Position numbers and translations under genes: made by a program. A DNA stretch of 64,000 nt from Flavobacterium sp. (lineage in GTDB: Bacteria > Bacteroidota > Bacteroidia > Flavobacteriales > Flavobacteriaceae), in NCBI RefSeq assembly GCF_044348915.1, contig NZ_JBIKRX010000001.1, forward strand, positions 6,075 to 70,074, in the 5' to 3' direction. The notes beneath the pieces were generated by a model. The model was not told the DNA's origin. It did not search any database and saw only the letters and a list, made by a program, of their open reading frames with translations. Positions within the stretch are counted from its first letter, which is position 1; each line of letters begins with the position of its first letter. Shown in pieces: positions 9,367-18,995 of the stretch.

Positions 9367-10599
9367 TTAGATTGATGAATTATTCTTCAGATCCTTGACT
9401 AAACTACTGGTGAAATACAAAATGGCAAGCCCACCCAAACTGATGCACAACCACATAAACCAGGATTGCTGCCAGAACGATTGATTTTTTGTTTGATTTT
9501 CTATGGAAGAAATGTGCTTTATATCATAAATTTTAGCTTCGGGGAGGGTGCTGTCGAGGCTTTTTTTGAAATTTTCTAGATCGTAAGCTGGGCTTTGTAA
9601 TTTTGGGTTTTGGGTCGTGATGGTATATTTTTCATTGGCTTTCAAATCGGCAATTACCGCAATTTGATTTTGAAAAAATTGTATTTTGTTAAAAGTCAAA
9701 GGCGGATTGTCTTGATTTTCTATTTCGATGAACCGTTCTTTTTCAAAAAATTGTGGAATGGCAATGCTGTTTTTTTGGCTGGAATTCAATTCGAAAGCGA
9801 ATAGCATTTCTCGGTACGTTGTAGGTTTTCGTTTTATTTGCTCTTTTTTATTGATGTAAATGGTTGCATTGCGTTTGTATAAATTCGGACTTTCGATCTT
9901 GAAGTTTATTTGATTAACAATTTGTGGGCGATTGAAGGTTATACTAATTCTGGTTTTTTTTTCGGCTGGAATTTGCTCCAATTTGATTTTGTCAGGGGTA
10001 ATTTCGTCCTTTGTTGCAGCATTGGTTTTAAAGGAGATATAGCCAATTTTCAAGACATTAATGGGTAGAGTTTTCTTGTCATTAAAATCAATTTTTAGGT
10101 AACGATAGGAGCTAAGCGGAAAGCGAATTGGTTTTAATACACTTGTAGCATTGTTGTTTTCGAGTCCATTTAAAAGTGAATTATTGATTAAACCAAACCA
10201 TTCTTTTTGGTCGTTGCTGCCGCTGATGCTGTAGGTTTTCGTAACATCGGCATTAGTGACGGAAAGCACTATTTCATCTATAGTCGCTTTTGGGTTTTCG
10301 AAAATCAGGGTTGTTTTGTTCTTGGGAATAACTGTTTTCGAAATTATTTTGCATTCTACAAAGCTGTTTGAAACAGCTTGGGTATTGCCCTGCGAGATAT
10401 AATAGGGTACTTCGATACCTATGGCATCCAATATCCTGAAATCACCTAATTCTTCTTTGGAAAAAGATCGAATTTCTGTCGGTAGTACTATTTTGTGTAA
10501 GCCATTTTCCTTTACGGTTTCGATTTTTGCCGTGGTTTTGTGTTGTGCCAATAAAAGGTTTGACACAAACAGAAAGAATATAAATTTAATCAGTTTCAT
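9367..10599 (-). CDS. Exported protein with C-terminal TM anchor (DUF3999-like)
   Basis: Signal peptide, DFRILD...EVPY, C-terminal TM helix; overlaps the DUF2339-like gene. Confidence 0.65.
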   Translation of the reverse strand: MKLIKFIFFLFVSNLLLAQHKTTAKIETVKENGLHKIVLPTEIRSFSKEELGDFRILDAIGIEVPYYISQGNTQAVSNSFVECKIISKTVIPKNKTTLIFENPKATIDEIVLSVTNADVTKTYSISGSNDQKEWFGLINNSLLNGLENNNATSVLKPIRFPLSSYRYLKIDFNDKKTLPINVLKIGYISFKTNAATKDEITPDKIKLEQIPAEKKTRISITFNRPQIVNQINFKIESPNLYKRNATIYINKKEQIKRKPTTYREMLFAFELNSSQKNSIAIPQFFEKERFIEIENQDNPPLTFNKIQFFQNQIAVIADLKANEKYTITTQNPKLQSPAYDLENFKKSLDSTLPEAKIYDIKHISSIENQTKNQSFWQQSWFMWLCISLGGLAILYFTSSLVKDLKNNSSI

Positions 10600-13099
10600 C
10601 GGATTCTGCAGGTTTGTGGTCGTCTTGTATCAAGACTTTCAATTTTTGGTACACAAATGAAATAATCAGGATTAGAATTCCCAGCAGGATAAAGGCTATG
10701 ATTTTACCCGTTTCAGAAGCGTTGCTGATGTCGAATAAAAATAATTTCAGAATAGTAATTCCTAATAAAGATAAGGCTACAATCCGCAGGGTTTTGGTAC
10801 GTTTTCGGATTCCGATAATCAGAAAGACGAATGCAAGAATCCCCCAAAGAATGGGGTATCCTGTTTTTATAACTTGGTTTCGTGTTTGTTGTATTAAATA
10901 ATAAGCTACTGCTGTGCTATTTGTTGTTTCGTTCGGAGCGTGGTATAAATTACTTGATTGAACATCTTGAGCAGTAACCGGAGAATTAGAAAAGAACTGG
11001 CTGTGCAGCATCAATTCTGTACTAGCGATATAAATGATGAAAAAGGCAGCGATCCAAACCACAATTTTCTTTTGGAATAGTTCGATAACTGGATTTTCTT
11101 TGTTGATTTGGTACAATTGATAACCAAAGTATAGTACAATTAGTAGCGAAATATAATGCAAATAGAAGCCTATTTGTTGTTGAATTCCCGTCGCGATGTA
11201 CTGACTGTGCTCATAAAAAGGATAATTCGAGAACCAAAATGCAAATACTACTATATTGATTATGGCAATAATTGAAGCTAGCTGGTAATTGATTTTGGTT
11301 TTGCACAAGCCATAAAAGACTGCAGCACTAAAAACAAGATGATACAAATTGGGCAAAGTAGCAGCGGAATTAATTCCAATAATTCGATTAGTTGCTTGAA
11401 AACTTACTTCAAATAGACCTACAAAATAGCTGATGATTATTCCCGTAAACCAAAGTGAATTTCGGTATTTTTTTGGGTTGAATATAAAACCAAATTGCTC
11501 CAGCTCTTCCTCTTCGTTTTTTAATATATAGTGTACCGCAAATAGCGAAACCACTGCAAAAATCCCAGTGATGCAAATTTTGTTGAACAGGATATTTAGT
11601 GAAGGTTCTGACTTGTAAATTGCGCTCCAATCCATCAATAAACTTCCAATCATCAAGACGTGGACGATTATAGAGGCAAAGCGATAGTAGGTAATTTTCG
11701 ATTTTTGTCCCAGCCACATTAGCATAACGGCTTCTGCTGCCCAGAATAAGGTGATGTAATTCCCTTCAAATTGGATTGGAATGGCTAAGGTGATAAACGT
11801 AAGGGTCAAGCCTACTAATAGATAAATCGCAGTTTTGTCCAGTCCAAATTTTTTGTACAAAAACCAAGCGTAACCAAAGTTGAGTGCTCCTAAAGAAGCG
11901 GTAAATAGTCCTTTGAGCTCAGGATGAAATGGTGTTAAAACAGCCATTCCTACACCATAAAAAAGGAAGGTATTGCTAGCTAGAATGCTTAATTCTATAG
12001 GGGAGAAAAGCCCTTTTGTTCGTACATTATTGATGATATTGATGCCTACAAACACCAAGTAAAATGAAAATCCAAAAAATAATGCACCAAGATAATGTGG
12101 TGTTTTTTCGTCAAGGTCTTTGAACAACCAAACGCCATATAAAATGACAGTGAAAACATAGGAAAGAATGTTGATAATCCCCCATTTTTTGTAATAGGCC
12201 AAGGCTAGAATTCCGATGTTTAGGATGAGGATATACGTGAATAAGGTCAAGTAATTTCCTGTGCCGGTGCTTACCATAAAAGGAACTGCAAAGCCACCAA
12301 TTAGGGATAAAACGGCTAGTTCTTTTCGGTCGTAAGACAAAGAGATAAAACAACTGAATATGGTAATCAAAACCATAATTACAAAGGCTGTTGTCTGTCC
12401 GAATAACTGGTAGCTGTGAAAAGCTATCGCAATAGTAAAATAGAAAACAGAGATTGCTCCCGCTACAAAAACGGAACTGAAAGCCGCGTATTTTTTTCGC
12501 AATTTATGGGCTATTCCCATAATCAAAGCTCCGGATAACATTCCAATTCCCACACGTGCCGGTTCATTGATCCAGTCTTTGTCTATTGCATATTTCACGA
12601 AATAACTAATGCCCAAAACGAGAATCAGAATTCCGATTTTGTTGATGAGATTTTCGCCAATAAACTTTTCTAAATCGGGATTGTTTTCCCGGAAGTTTTC
12701 CCAAAAAGTCTTGGTTGGCTCTTGGGGAATATAAACTTTAGGTTCTGGTACTTGTTCTTGGAGTTTTGGAGCTGATGCATTGTCCATCGAGTAGGCCATT
12801 TTTTCAGACTCGATTTCTTTATTGATTGGGTCGAAAACCAACGATTCTGTATTTTCAAAAACCACAGCTGGTTTTACTTCTTCTGGAATGACTTGTGGTT
12901 TGGCGGGTTCTGGAGAAGGGGCAAGTTTTTCAGGCGGCTTTTCAGTAGCCTGTAATTGGTCTATTTTGTTGAATACCTCTTTGAATTTCCGGTCGATTTT
13001 ATCTTCAATGTTGCTCTCAATTTCGTTTAGTTTTGAGTCTAAAGTACTTTTGATATAGAACAAGAAAGCAATAACTAATACTACTCCAAAAACTTCCAT
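10586..13099 (-). CDS. DUF2339-like polytopic membrane protein
   Basis: LEKFIGENLINKIGILILVLG, many TM helices, KIIAFILLGILILIISFVYQK. Confidence 0.85.
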   Translation of the reverse strand: MEVFGVVLVIAFLFYIKSTLDSKLNEIESNIEDKIDRKFKEVFNKIDQLQATEKPPEKLAPSPEPAKPQVIPEEVKPAVVFENTESLVFDPINKEIESEKMAYSMDNASAPKLQEQVPEPKVYIPQEPTKTFWENFRENNPDLEKFIGENLINKIGILILVLGISYFVKYAIDKDWINEPARVGIGMLSGALIMGIAHKLRKKYAAFSSVFVAGAISVFYFTIAIAFHSYQLFGQTTAFVIMVLITIFSCFISLSYDRKELAVLSLIGGFAVPFMVSTGTGNYLTLFTYILILNIGILALAYYKKWGIINILSYVFTVILYGVWLFKDLDEKTPHYLGALFFGFSFYLVFVGINIINNVRTKGLFSPIELSILASNTFLFYGVGMAVLTPFHPELKGLFTASLGALNFGYAWFLYKKFGLDKTAIYLLVGLTLTFITLAIPIQFEGNYITLFWAAEAVMLMWLGQKSKITYYRFASIIVHVLMIGSLLMDWSAIYKSEPSLNILFNKICITGIFAVVSLFAVHYILKNEEEELEQFGFIFNPKKYRNSLWFTGIIISYFVGLFEVSFQATNRIIGINSAATLPNLYHLVFSAAVFYGLCKTKINYQLASIIAIINIVVFAFWFSNYPFYEHSQYIATGIQQQIGFYLHYISLLIVLYFGYQLYQINKENPVIELFQKKIVVWIAAFFIIYIASTELMLHSQFFSNSPVTAQDVQSSNLYHAPNETTNSTAVAYYLIQQTRNQVIKTGYPILWGILAFVFLIIGIRKRTKTLRIVALSLLGITILKLFLFDISNASETGKIIAFILLGILILIISFVYQKLKVLIQDDHKPAESDETD

Positions 13100-13207
13100 A
13101 ACAGTGTTTCTTTTAAAATTACCAATTGTAAAGATACGATTATATAAAAAACAGACGTGCTATTTTTCTTAATTTTCGTGACTTTCGCTCAATAGATATA
13201 TTGATCT

Positions 13208-15751
13208 TTATTCTTCTTCTCTGTTCTCTTTTAAAGCAATCGCAGTTGTTTTGATGTAAACGTCTTGCTGCGGAAAAGGAATCTCAATAGCATTGAGTTT
13301 AAAAATTTCATCAATGTTAATGATTAAATCGCTTTTTACATCGTTGCCATAATTGAAATGAGGCACCCAAAATTTAATTACAAAATCGATGGAACTGTCA
13401 CCAAATTGCGTTACCCAAATTAAAGGTTCCGGGTTTTGTAAAATCAAAGAATGTTGGTTTATAACTTCTCGTATTAATGATTTGGCTAATTTTAAATTGG
13501 TCCCATAGGCGACGCCCACTTTAATTTCATAGCGTCTTTTTGAACTTCCCATAGTCCAGTTTGTCATATGTTGACTCAAAATATCCCCGTTTGGGACGAT
13601 GATATCGGCTCCGTCCCAAGTGGTAACAACGCTGCTTCGGATGCCAATGGATTTCATTGTGCCTGTTTGTCCACTTATTTCTATGATATCATCGATATTT
13701 ACCGGTTTTTCGAAGGCAATAATCAATCCGCTGACCAAATTATTGACTAACCCTTGTAAACCAAAACCAATACCAACACCTAAAGCACCGATAATCACCG
13801 TAAGTCGATCGGTGGGAATTCCTGTAATGGCAAATGCAAATGTGATTCCAATGGTGATAATGGCAATTCTAACTAATAAAATCCAACTGCCAAGGGGTTT
13901 ACTTTTGTCTTTTTCTTGGTTGTTATTTGTCGTGGTAGCTGCCAAAAAGGATACTATTTTCGCAATATAAAAAGAGGCAATAATTACAAAAAAGAAAATC
14001 AAAATACTTTCATAAGAATAGGTAAAGGTTCCAAATGTTTTTTCTTCAGAAAAAGTGTCTAAAAGGGGTTGTATTTGGCTTTGAAAAGAGTAGGAGTTTC
14101 GGTTGATAATGTATATCCAACTGATAAAAAATAGTAAGTAGGCCCATTTGGTAACTTTATGATTTTCCTGTACCGTTTGATTTATTGGAGTTTTGTTTTC
14201 CGATTCTAGGATGTAGTCCGAAAAATTGATGATGTCTGATGTCAGTTGGAAAGTGTAAATAGTTAAAAGCCCAATAAAAATAGTAAAGAGTCCTACAGAT
14301 ATTAGTATTTTGCTGAGATTATAATTACCGTAAATCAAAGATAATATACCTAATATTTCGAATGTAATCATCGCAACGATGACCCATTTATGCGGAGTCT
14401 CTTCGGAGTTTTTACTTTTATTTATTCTTGCAAAACCGAATATAATCGCTGCAATTCCTATAAGCAATAGTCCAATAGTCTCTAAAATTGTTTGTCTTAA
14501 AATTAAATCATCAAAAATGGTTAAGAATGTCAAAGTCAAGTAAAAAAACCAAGATTTCATTGAAATGAAATCTTTATGTCGATTTAGTAAAAACCACATA
14601 GCAATGGCGGCAATTAGCCAAAGTATAGCGGCAAAGATGAAAGGAGGAGGCGGAATCAGTAGTTGTCCAAAAGTTATTGTTATGAGTGTTGCCGTTGCGA
14701 AAGGAGCTGTGAAAATTTTTATTTGGTATTTAAATTCATTATAAATATCGGCTTTTTTGTATTTTCTTCTTAAGATAACAATATAGAAGTACAATCCTAA
14801 TAGGCACAAAACTAGTATTTGAATGATGGAAATATTATTTACGGTATAAAAAGTTAAAACTAGAAATGCTTTTCCAAAAGAGCGTTTTAGTTCTTTGAAA
14901 AATGATTTGTGCAAAAGTTCTTTATCGTGAAAAAAGGATACTCTTCTTGAAAAAAGACTGTCCGATTCTGTTTTTCGCGCTATGTTTAATTGTACAATAT
15001 CTGAATCCAAACGATTTTTGAAAACATTGGCCTTTATTTCTAAAGTTTGAATGCTATCAATTGCATTTTTTACCTTACTATTGGCCTCGTCGATTTCTTT
15101 TGTTAGTAGAAGCAAGCGCTGAATGTAATTGTTTTTAGCGATTGAATCGTGCGGCAAGATATAGATTGTTTTTTCTGCTGAGAGCGAATCTAGTTTTTTT
15201 TGAATATCACTAAGAGCGAGGTTGTTTTTTTTAATTTTATTGATTTGGTTGTCTGTCCTGTTTATCAATTCATTCAGTAAGATAGAACTAGTAGTAAGAT
15301 CGCGTATGGATTGTTTGCTGTTTTTGTTTTTTGTAATTCCATCCACTGCAAAGTCTTTCCATTTGAAAAGCAAGTTTATTTCCTTGGTAAATCCTTTGTA
15401 ATCGAAACCTTGGTCTAAGATATTATTTGCTTTTTGAATTTCTTTGTTGATTAAATTGAAAGTCTTGTTCTGGTCACGAAGGGTGTTGTTATTCTCTAAA
15501 TTGAGTTGGCTTTTCTTCATTCGGTCCACGACTAGATTTTCAATCACCACTTTCATTGGGATTGGTTTGATTACGGTATCTTTTTGAGTGGTTGTTGGGT
15601 TTTGTTCAGCCGGGATTAGATTTTGACACCAAACGGAATTGCTCAAAAAAAATAGTAATAAAAAGACAAGTGAACTAAAATAGTGTTTAGTTTTTGATGG
15701 TTTTAAGGAAGTCTTATCGTAGGAGTTCATCTGGAATGGATATAAAATCAA
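13208..15751 (-). CDS. Large MscS-family mechanosensitive channel
   Basis: GALGVGIGFGLQGLVNNLVSG, IGIRSSVVTTWDGADIIVPN, IEIPFPQQDV; N-terminal coiled coil. Confidence 0.9.
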   Translation of the reverse strand: MILYPFQMNSYDKTSLKPSKTKHYFSSLVFLLLFFLSNSVWCQNLIPAEQNPTTTQKDTVIKPIPMKVVIENLVVDRMKKSQLNLENNNTLRDQNKTFNLINKEIQKANNILDQGFDYKGFTKEINLLFKWKDFAVDGITKNKNSKQSIRDLTTSSILLNELINRTDNQINKIKKNNLALSDIQKKLDSLSAEKTIYILPHDSIAKNNYIQRLLLLTKEIDEANSKVKNAIDSIQTLEIKANVFKNRLDSDIVQLNIARKTESDSLFSRRVSFFHDKELLHKSFFKELKRSFGKAFLVLTFYTVNNISIIQILVLCLLGLYFYIVILRRKYKKADIYNEFKYQIKIFTAPFATATLITITFGQLLIPPPPFIFAAILWLIAAIAMWFLLNRHKDFISMKSWFFYLTLTFLTIFDDLILRQTILETIGLLLIGIAAIIFGFARINKSKNSEETPHKWVIVAMITFEILGILSLIYGNYNLSKILISVGLFTIFIGLLTIYTFQLTSDIINFSDYILESENKTPINQTVQENHKVTKWAYLLFFISWIYIINRNSYSFQSQIQPLLDTFSEEKTFGTFTYSYESILIFFFVIIASFYIAKIVSFLAATTTNNNQEKDKSKPLGSWILLVRIAIITIGITFAFAITGIPTDRLTVIIGALGVGIGFGLQGLVNNLVSGLIIAFEKPVNIDDIIEISGQTGTMKSIGIRSSVVTTWDGADIIVPNGDILSQHMTNWTMGSSKRRYEIKVGVAYGTNLKLAKSLIREVINQHSLILQNPEPLIWVTQFGDSSIDFVIKFWVPHFNYGNDVKSDLIINIDEIFKLNAIEIPFPQQDVYIKTTAIALKENREEE

Positions 15752-15860
15752 CTTTATTTTTGAAAAGATAAAGATAGTAAAATTGCCTTATTAATACTTT
15801 ATAAAGAAAAGTAAAGATTACAGGGTAACCCTTTTAGAAATAATTAATCAGACATAGACT

Positions 15861-15943
15861 CCTTACAAGTAAACTTGACAGGCTAAAACCAAAAAATCCC
15901 TCCCACAAGTGGAAAGGATTTTGGTGGTCGGGGTGGCAGGATT
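15861..15943. repeat. 83-bp direct repeat of the tRNA-Pro 3' end plus downstream sequence (partner 16023..16105)
   Basis: 82/83 identical; contains the last 19 nt of tRNA-Pro and stops in the T-loop. Confidence 0.9.
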
Positions 15944-16086
15944 ATTTCTTGATCCAGATATTGAGGAGATGGTGCTCGCCAAAATCCTTTGAGCTACGCT
16001 CTGAGTTATTTTTCATTTCAGCCCTTACAAGTATACTTGACAGGCTAAAACCAAAAAATCCCTCCCACAAGTGGAAAGGATTTTGG

Positions 16087-16164
16087 TGGTCGGGGTGGCA
16101 GGATTCGAACCTGCGGCCTCCTGCTCCCAAAGCAGGCGCGATAACCGAGCTACGCTACACCCCG
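16087..16164 (-). tRNA. tRNA-Pro(TGG), CCA encoded
   Basis: cggggtgtagcgtagctcggttatcgcgcctgctttgggagcaggaggccgcaggttcgaatcctgccaccccgacca; anticodon loop tttggga. Confidence 0.95.
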
Positions 16165-16323
16165 AAAGCGAGTGCAAATGTAAAATTTATTTCGGTCTTT
16201 TGCAAGGGATAGAAACAAAATTATATTTATTATATTCATATATTAAAAAATGATTGTTCAACAACGGTAATCAAGCAATTTTCCCTTATTTTTGTAGTTT
16301 AAAAAATATTAATTTCACTTATT

Positions 16324-17271
16324 ATGTCTGATACAATCGAAAAAATAAAATGTCTTATTATTGGTTCTGGGCCAGCGGGATATACTGCGGCTATTTATGC
16401 TGCTAGAGCTAGTATGAATCCGGTTTTGTACCAAGGAATGCAACCAGGCGGACAACTTACTACAACAAATGAAGTAGAGAATTTCCCCGGATATGTTGAT
16501 GGAGTTACAGGACCAGAAATGATGATTCAACTGCAAGCGCAGGCTCAACGTTTTGGTGCCGATATTCGCGATGGTTGGGCAACAAAAGTTGATTTTAGTG
16601 GTGGAGTCCATAAAGTTTGGATTAATGACACTATCGAATTACACTGCGAAACGGTTATTATTTCAACTGGAGCTTCGGCTAAATATTTAGGTTTGGAATC
16701 CGAGCAACATTATCTTAAAATGGGTGGTGGAGTTTCGGCTTGTGCTGTTTGTGATGGGTTTTTCTATAGGAATCAAGAAGTAGTGATTGTTGGAGCGGGA
16801 GATTCTGCTTGCGAGGAAGCACACTATTTATCTAAAATGTGTTCCAAAGTAACGATGTTGGTGCGTAGTGATAAGTTCCGTGCTTCGAAAATTATGGAAG
16901 CTCGTGTTCGCAAAACCGAAAACATCAACATATTGATGAATCACGATACCGTAGAAATTTTAGGGGATGGTCAAGTAGTGACTGGTGTAAAAGCCAAAAA
17001 TAAAACCACTGGCGACATATTTGATATTCCTGCTACTGGTTTCTTTGCCGCTATTGGTCACAAACCCAACACCGATATTTTTAAAGATTATCTAACACTG
17101 GATGAAACAGGTTATATTGTGAATATTCCGGGAACATCAAAAACAGCTGTGGCCGGTGTTTTTGTAGCTGGAGATGCTGCTGACCACGTGTATCGTCAAG
17201 CGATTACTGCAGCAGGAACGGGTTGTATGGCAGCTTTGGATGCCGAAAGGTATTTGGCAGCTTTAGAATAA
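16324..17271 (+). CDS. trxB: Thioredoxin-disulfide reductase
   Basis: GSGPAGYTAAIY, CAVCDG, GAGDSACEEA, VAGDAAD...QAITAAG. Confidence 0.97.
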   Translation: MSDTIEKIKCLIIGSGPAGYTAAIYAARASMNPVLYQGMQPGGQLTTTNEVENFPGYVDGVTGPEMMIQLQAQAQRFGADIRDGWATKVDFSGGVHKVWINDTIELHCETVIISTGASAKYLGLESEQHYLKMGGGVSACAVCDGFFYRNQEVVIVGAGDSACEEAHYLSKMCSKVTMLVRSDKFRASKIMEARVRKTENINILMNHDTVEILGDGQVVTGVKAKNKTTGDIFDIPATGFFAAIGHKPNTDIFKDYLTLDETGYIVNIPGTSKTAVAGVFVAGDAADHVYRQAITAAGTGCMAALDAERYLAALE

Positions 17272-17297
17272 TAGCATTCCATGTAGTACTATAAATT

Positions 17298-17322
17298 AAA
17301 AGCCTCACAAGAGGCTTTTTTT
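17298..17322. terminator. Bidirectional intrinsic terminator
   Basis: aaaagcctc-acaa-gaggcttttttt between convergent genes. Confidence 0.75.
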
Positions 17323-17328
17323 ATGGGT

Positions 17329-18165
17329 TTACTTTGTTGGTTTCTTGCTTAAAATGGCATTGTCTGCAAATCGTTTTATTTCTATTTTCTGATCTCCATA
17401 AAGTTGAATTTCGGCATTCGCCGCGGCATCAATGCTGATGGTTTTGTTGGTATTGATGCTGCATTTCGAATAGCTTTCGGCTACTACTACGGCATTTTCT
17501 ATAACAAGATTGTTCCCTGTAAAAACGGCATTATTGTCTAGTCGAAGATTGGCATTGGTTACATCACCTTCCACAATAGCGATAGATTTTTGATATTGAT
17601 CGCATTTCATATCTGTTGCTGTGATTAAAGCTTTAAGTTTTGCATTGCCGCTTAATGCTATGGTCGCTTTTTCTGATTTTAGGTTGAGTTCAGCTTGTGA
17701 GTCGTTTTCAGACTCCAAAATAAAAATCTTTGAATTCACGTTCAAAAAAAGTTGGGATTCATCAAAGGATTTGATCGTAATTTCGTTGAGTTGAATTTCC
17801 TGAATGGCATTGATTATGGCTTCATTTTTTGCAGTTATAGCTTTCAATGCGCTGGTATAAGTGATTCTAACAATCAATTTTTTGAAGTTAGTAGCTGTTT
17901 TGGAAGTGTGCACTCGAAGTGCCTTGCTGCTTAAATCAAAATTAAAAATAGCGTGCAGATTTTCATCGGCTTCAATTTTGAGCTCGCTTTTTTCTCCTTT
18001 GTCGAGAAATACTTCAATGTTATCGCTAACTTCTAATGATTCAAAGTTGCCTATTTCTTTTTGTTCGACTGTGACAATTTTAGAGCCTTTAATTTTTTCT
18101 TTTTTTTGAGCCAATGCCAATGTAGAGACTAAAAATACTAGAAGTATGGCGGTATATTTTTTCAT
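17329..18165 (-). CDS. GIN/DUF2807-like exported protein (probable start MKKYT)
   Basis: IKGSKIVTVEQKEIGNFESLEV, IEADENL, beta-helix-like repeats. Confidence 0.75.
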   Translation of the reverse strand: MKKYTAILLVFLVSTLALAQKKEKIKGSKIVTVEQKEIGNFESLEVSDNIEVFLDKGEKSELKIEADENLHAIFNFDLSSKALRVHTSKTATNFKKLIVRITYTSALKAITAKNEAIINAIQEIQLNEITIKSFDESQLFLNVNSKIFILESENDSQAELNLKSEKATIALSGNAKLKALITATDMKCDQYQKSIAIVEGDVTNANLRLDNNAVFTGNNLVIENAVVVAESYSKCSINTNKTISIDAAANAEIQLYGDQKIEIKRFADNAILSKKPTK

Positions 18166-18252
18166 TTTAATGGGGTTGGACGTTTTTACAAATATAAAAA
18201 AATCATCCACTTTTGGTGAATGATTTTTGAGTTTTTTCTACAAAGATGTTTC

Positions 18253-18993
18253 TTAATTTTCGCTAACACTTCCGCCAGAAGATTCATCTTTTATAAGTGT
18301 TTTTGGAACCTTATAATAGTTTATAGAGCTTCCGCTAGAGGCTTTTGCGTCGAGTTTAAGAATTGGATATACTGAAGTACTACTGCCGCTCGAGCTTTGA
18401 GAAACTACTTCGTTTGCCATTAAATCTTTGGCTTTGATTTCGCTACCGCTTGTAGAGGAAGTTTCTACCTTCAATGCTTTTCCGCTGGTTTCTATACTAC
18501 TTCCGCTAGTGCTTTCTAGAGTTACTGCATCGGCTTCGACGTCGATGTCTATTTGGCTTCCGCTGCTTGATGTCACGTCTAAGTTCTCTGTTTTTAAAAC
18601 ATTGGAACTTGTGATTTGGGAGCCACTACTAGCGCTTAATCCATTAATGAAAGGCAGTTTTACATTTACAACTGGTGTTTTTGTTGAATTGTAGTTTTCA
18701 TCAGACTCAATGATTAATACATTATTTTCAACTTTGGTAATAATGTGTTTGAGTAAATTGTCATCGGCCTCAACGGTGATCAAATTATTTGTAGCTTGTT
18801 CAACGATAACTTTAATTCCATTGCTAACCTTAATTTTTTTGAAATCTTGGTTTACTGTCCTAGTTTCGTTTGAAATGTTTCCGCTTCCTTTGATTCCTGT
18901 TCCGATATTAAAGGAATTTCCACAAGAAAATAGCGATAATGCCATTAGTGCAGCAACAATAAATTTGGTTATTATGGTGATGATCTTGATCAT
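18253..18993 (-). CDS. Head GIN/DUF2807-like lipoprotein
   Basis: Lipobox LFSC, GIKGSGNISNETR, repeated ASSGS motifs. Confidence 0.8.
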   Translation of the reverse strand: MIKIITIITKFIVAALMALSLFSCGNSFNIGTGIKGSGNISNETRTVNQDFKKIKVSNGIKVIVEQATNNLITVEADDNLLKHIITKVENNVLIIESDENYNSTKTPVVNVKLPFINGLSASSGSQITSSNVLKTENLDVTSSSGSQIDIDVEADAVTLESTSGSSIETSGKALKVETSSTSGSEIKAKDLMANEVVSQSSSGSSTSVYPILKLDAKASSGSSINYYKVPKTLIKDESSGGSVSEN

Positions 18994-18995
18994 GG

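Noticed and set aside
15944-16022. Spacer shares agcgtagctc with the tRNA-Pro D-arm; possible tRNA pseudogene
   Set aside because: Only a 10-nt match; no cloverleaf could be folded.
15861-16105. Repeat-spacer-repeat pattern suggesting a mini CRISPR
   Set aside because: Only two 83-bp repeats, derived from the tRNA 3' end; no cas genes; lengths do not fit CRISPR.
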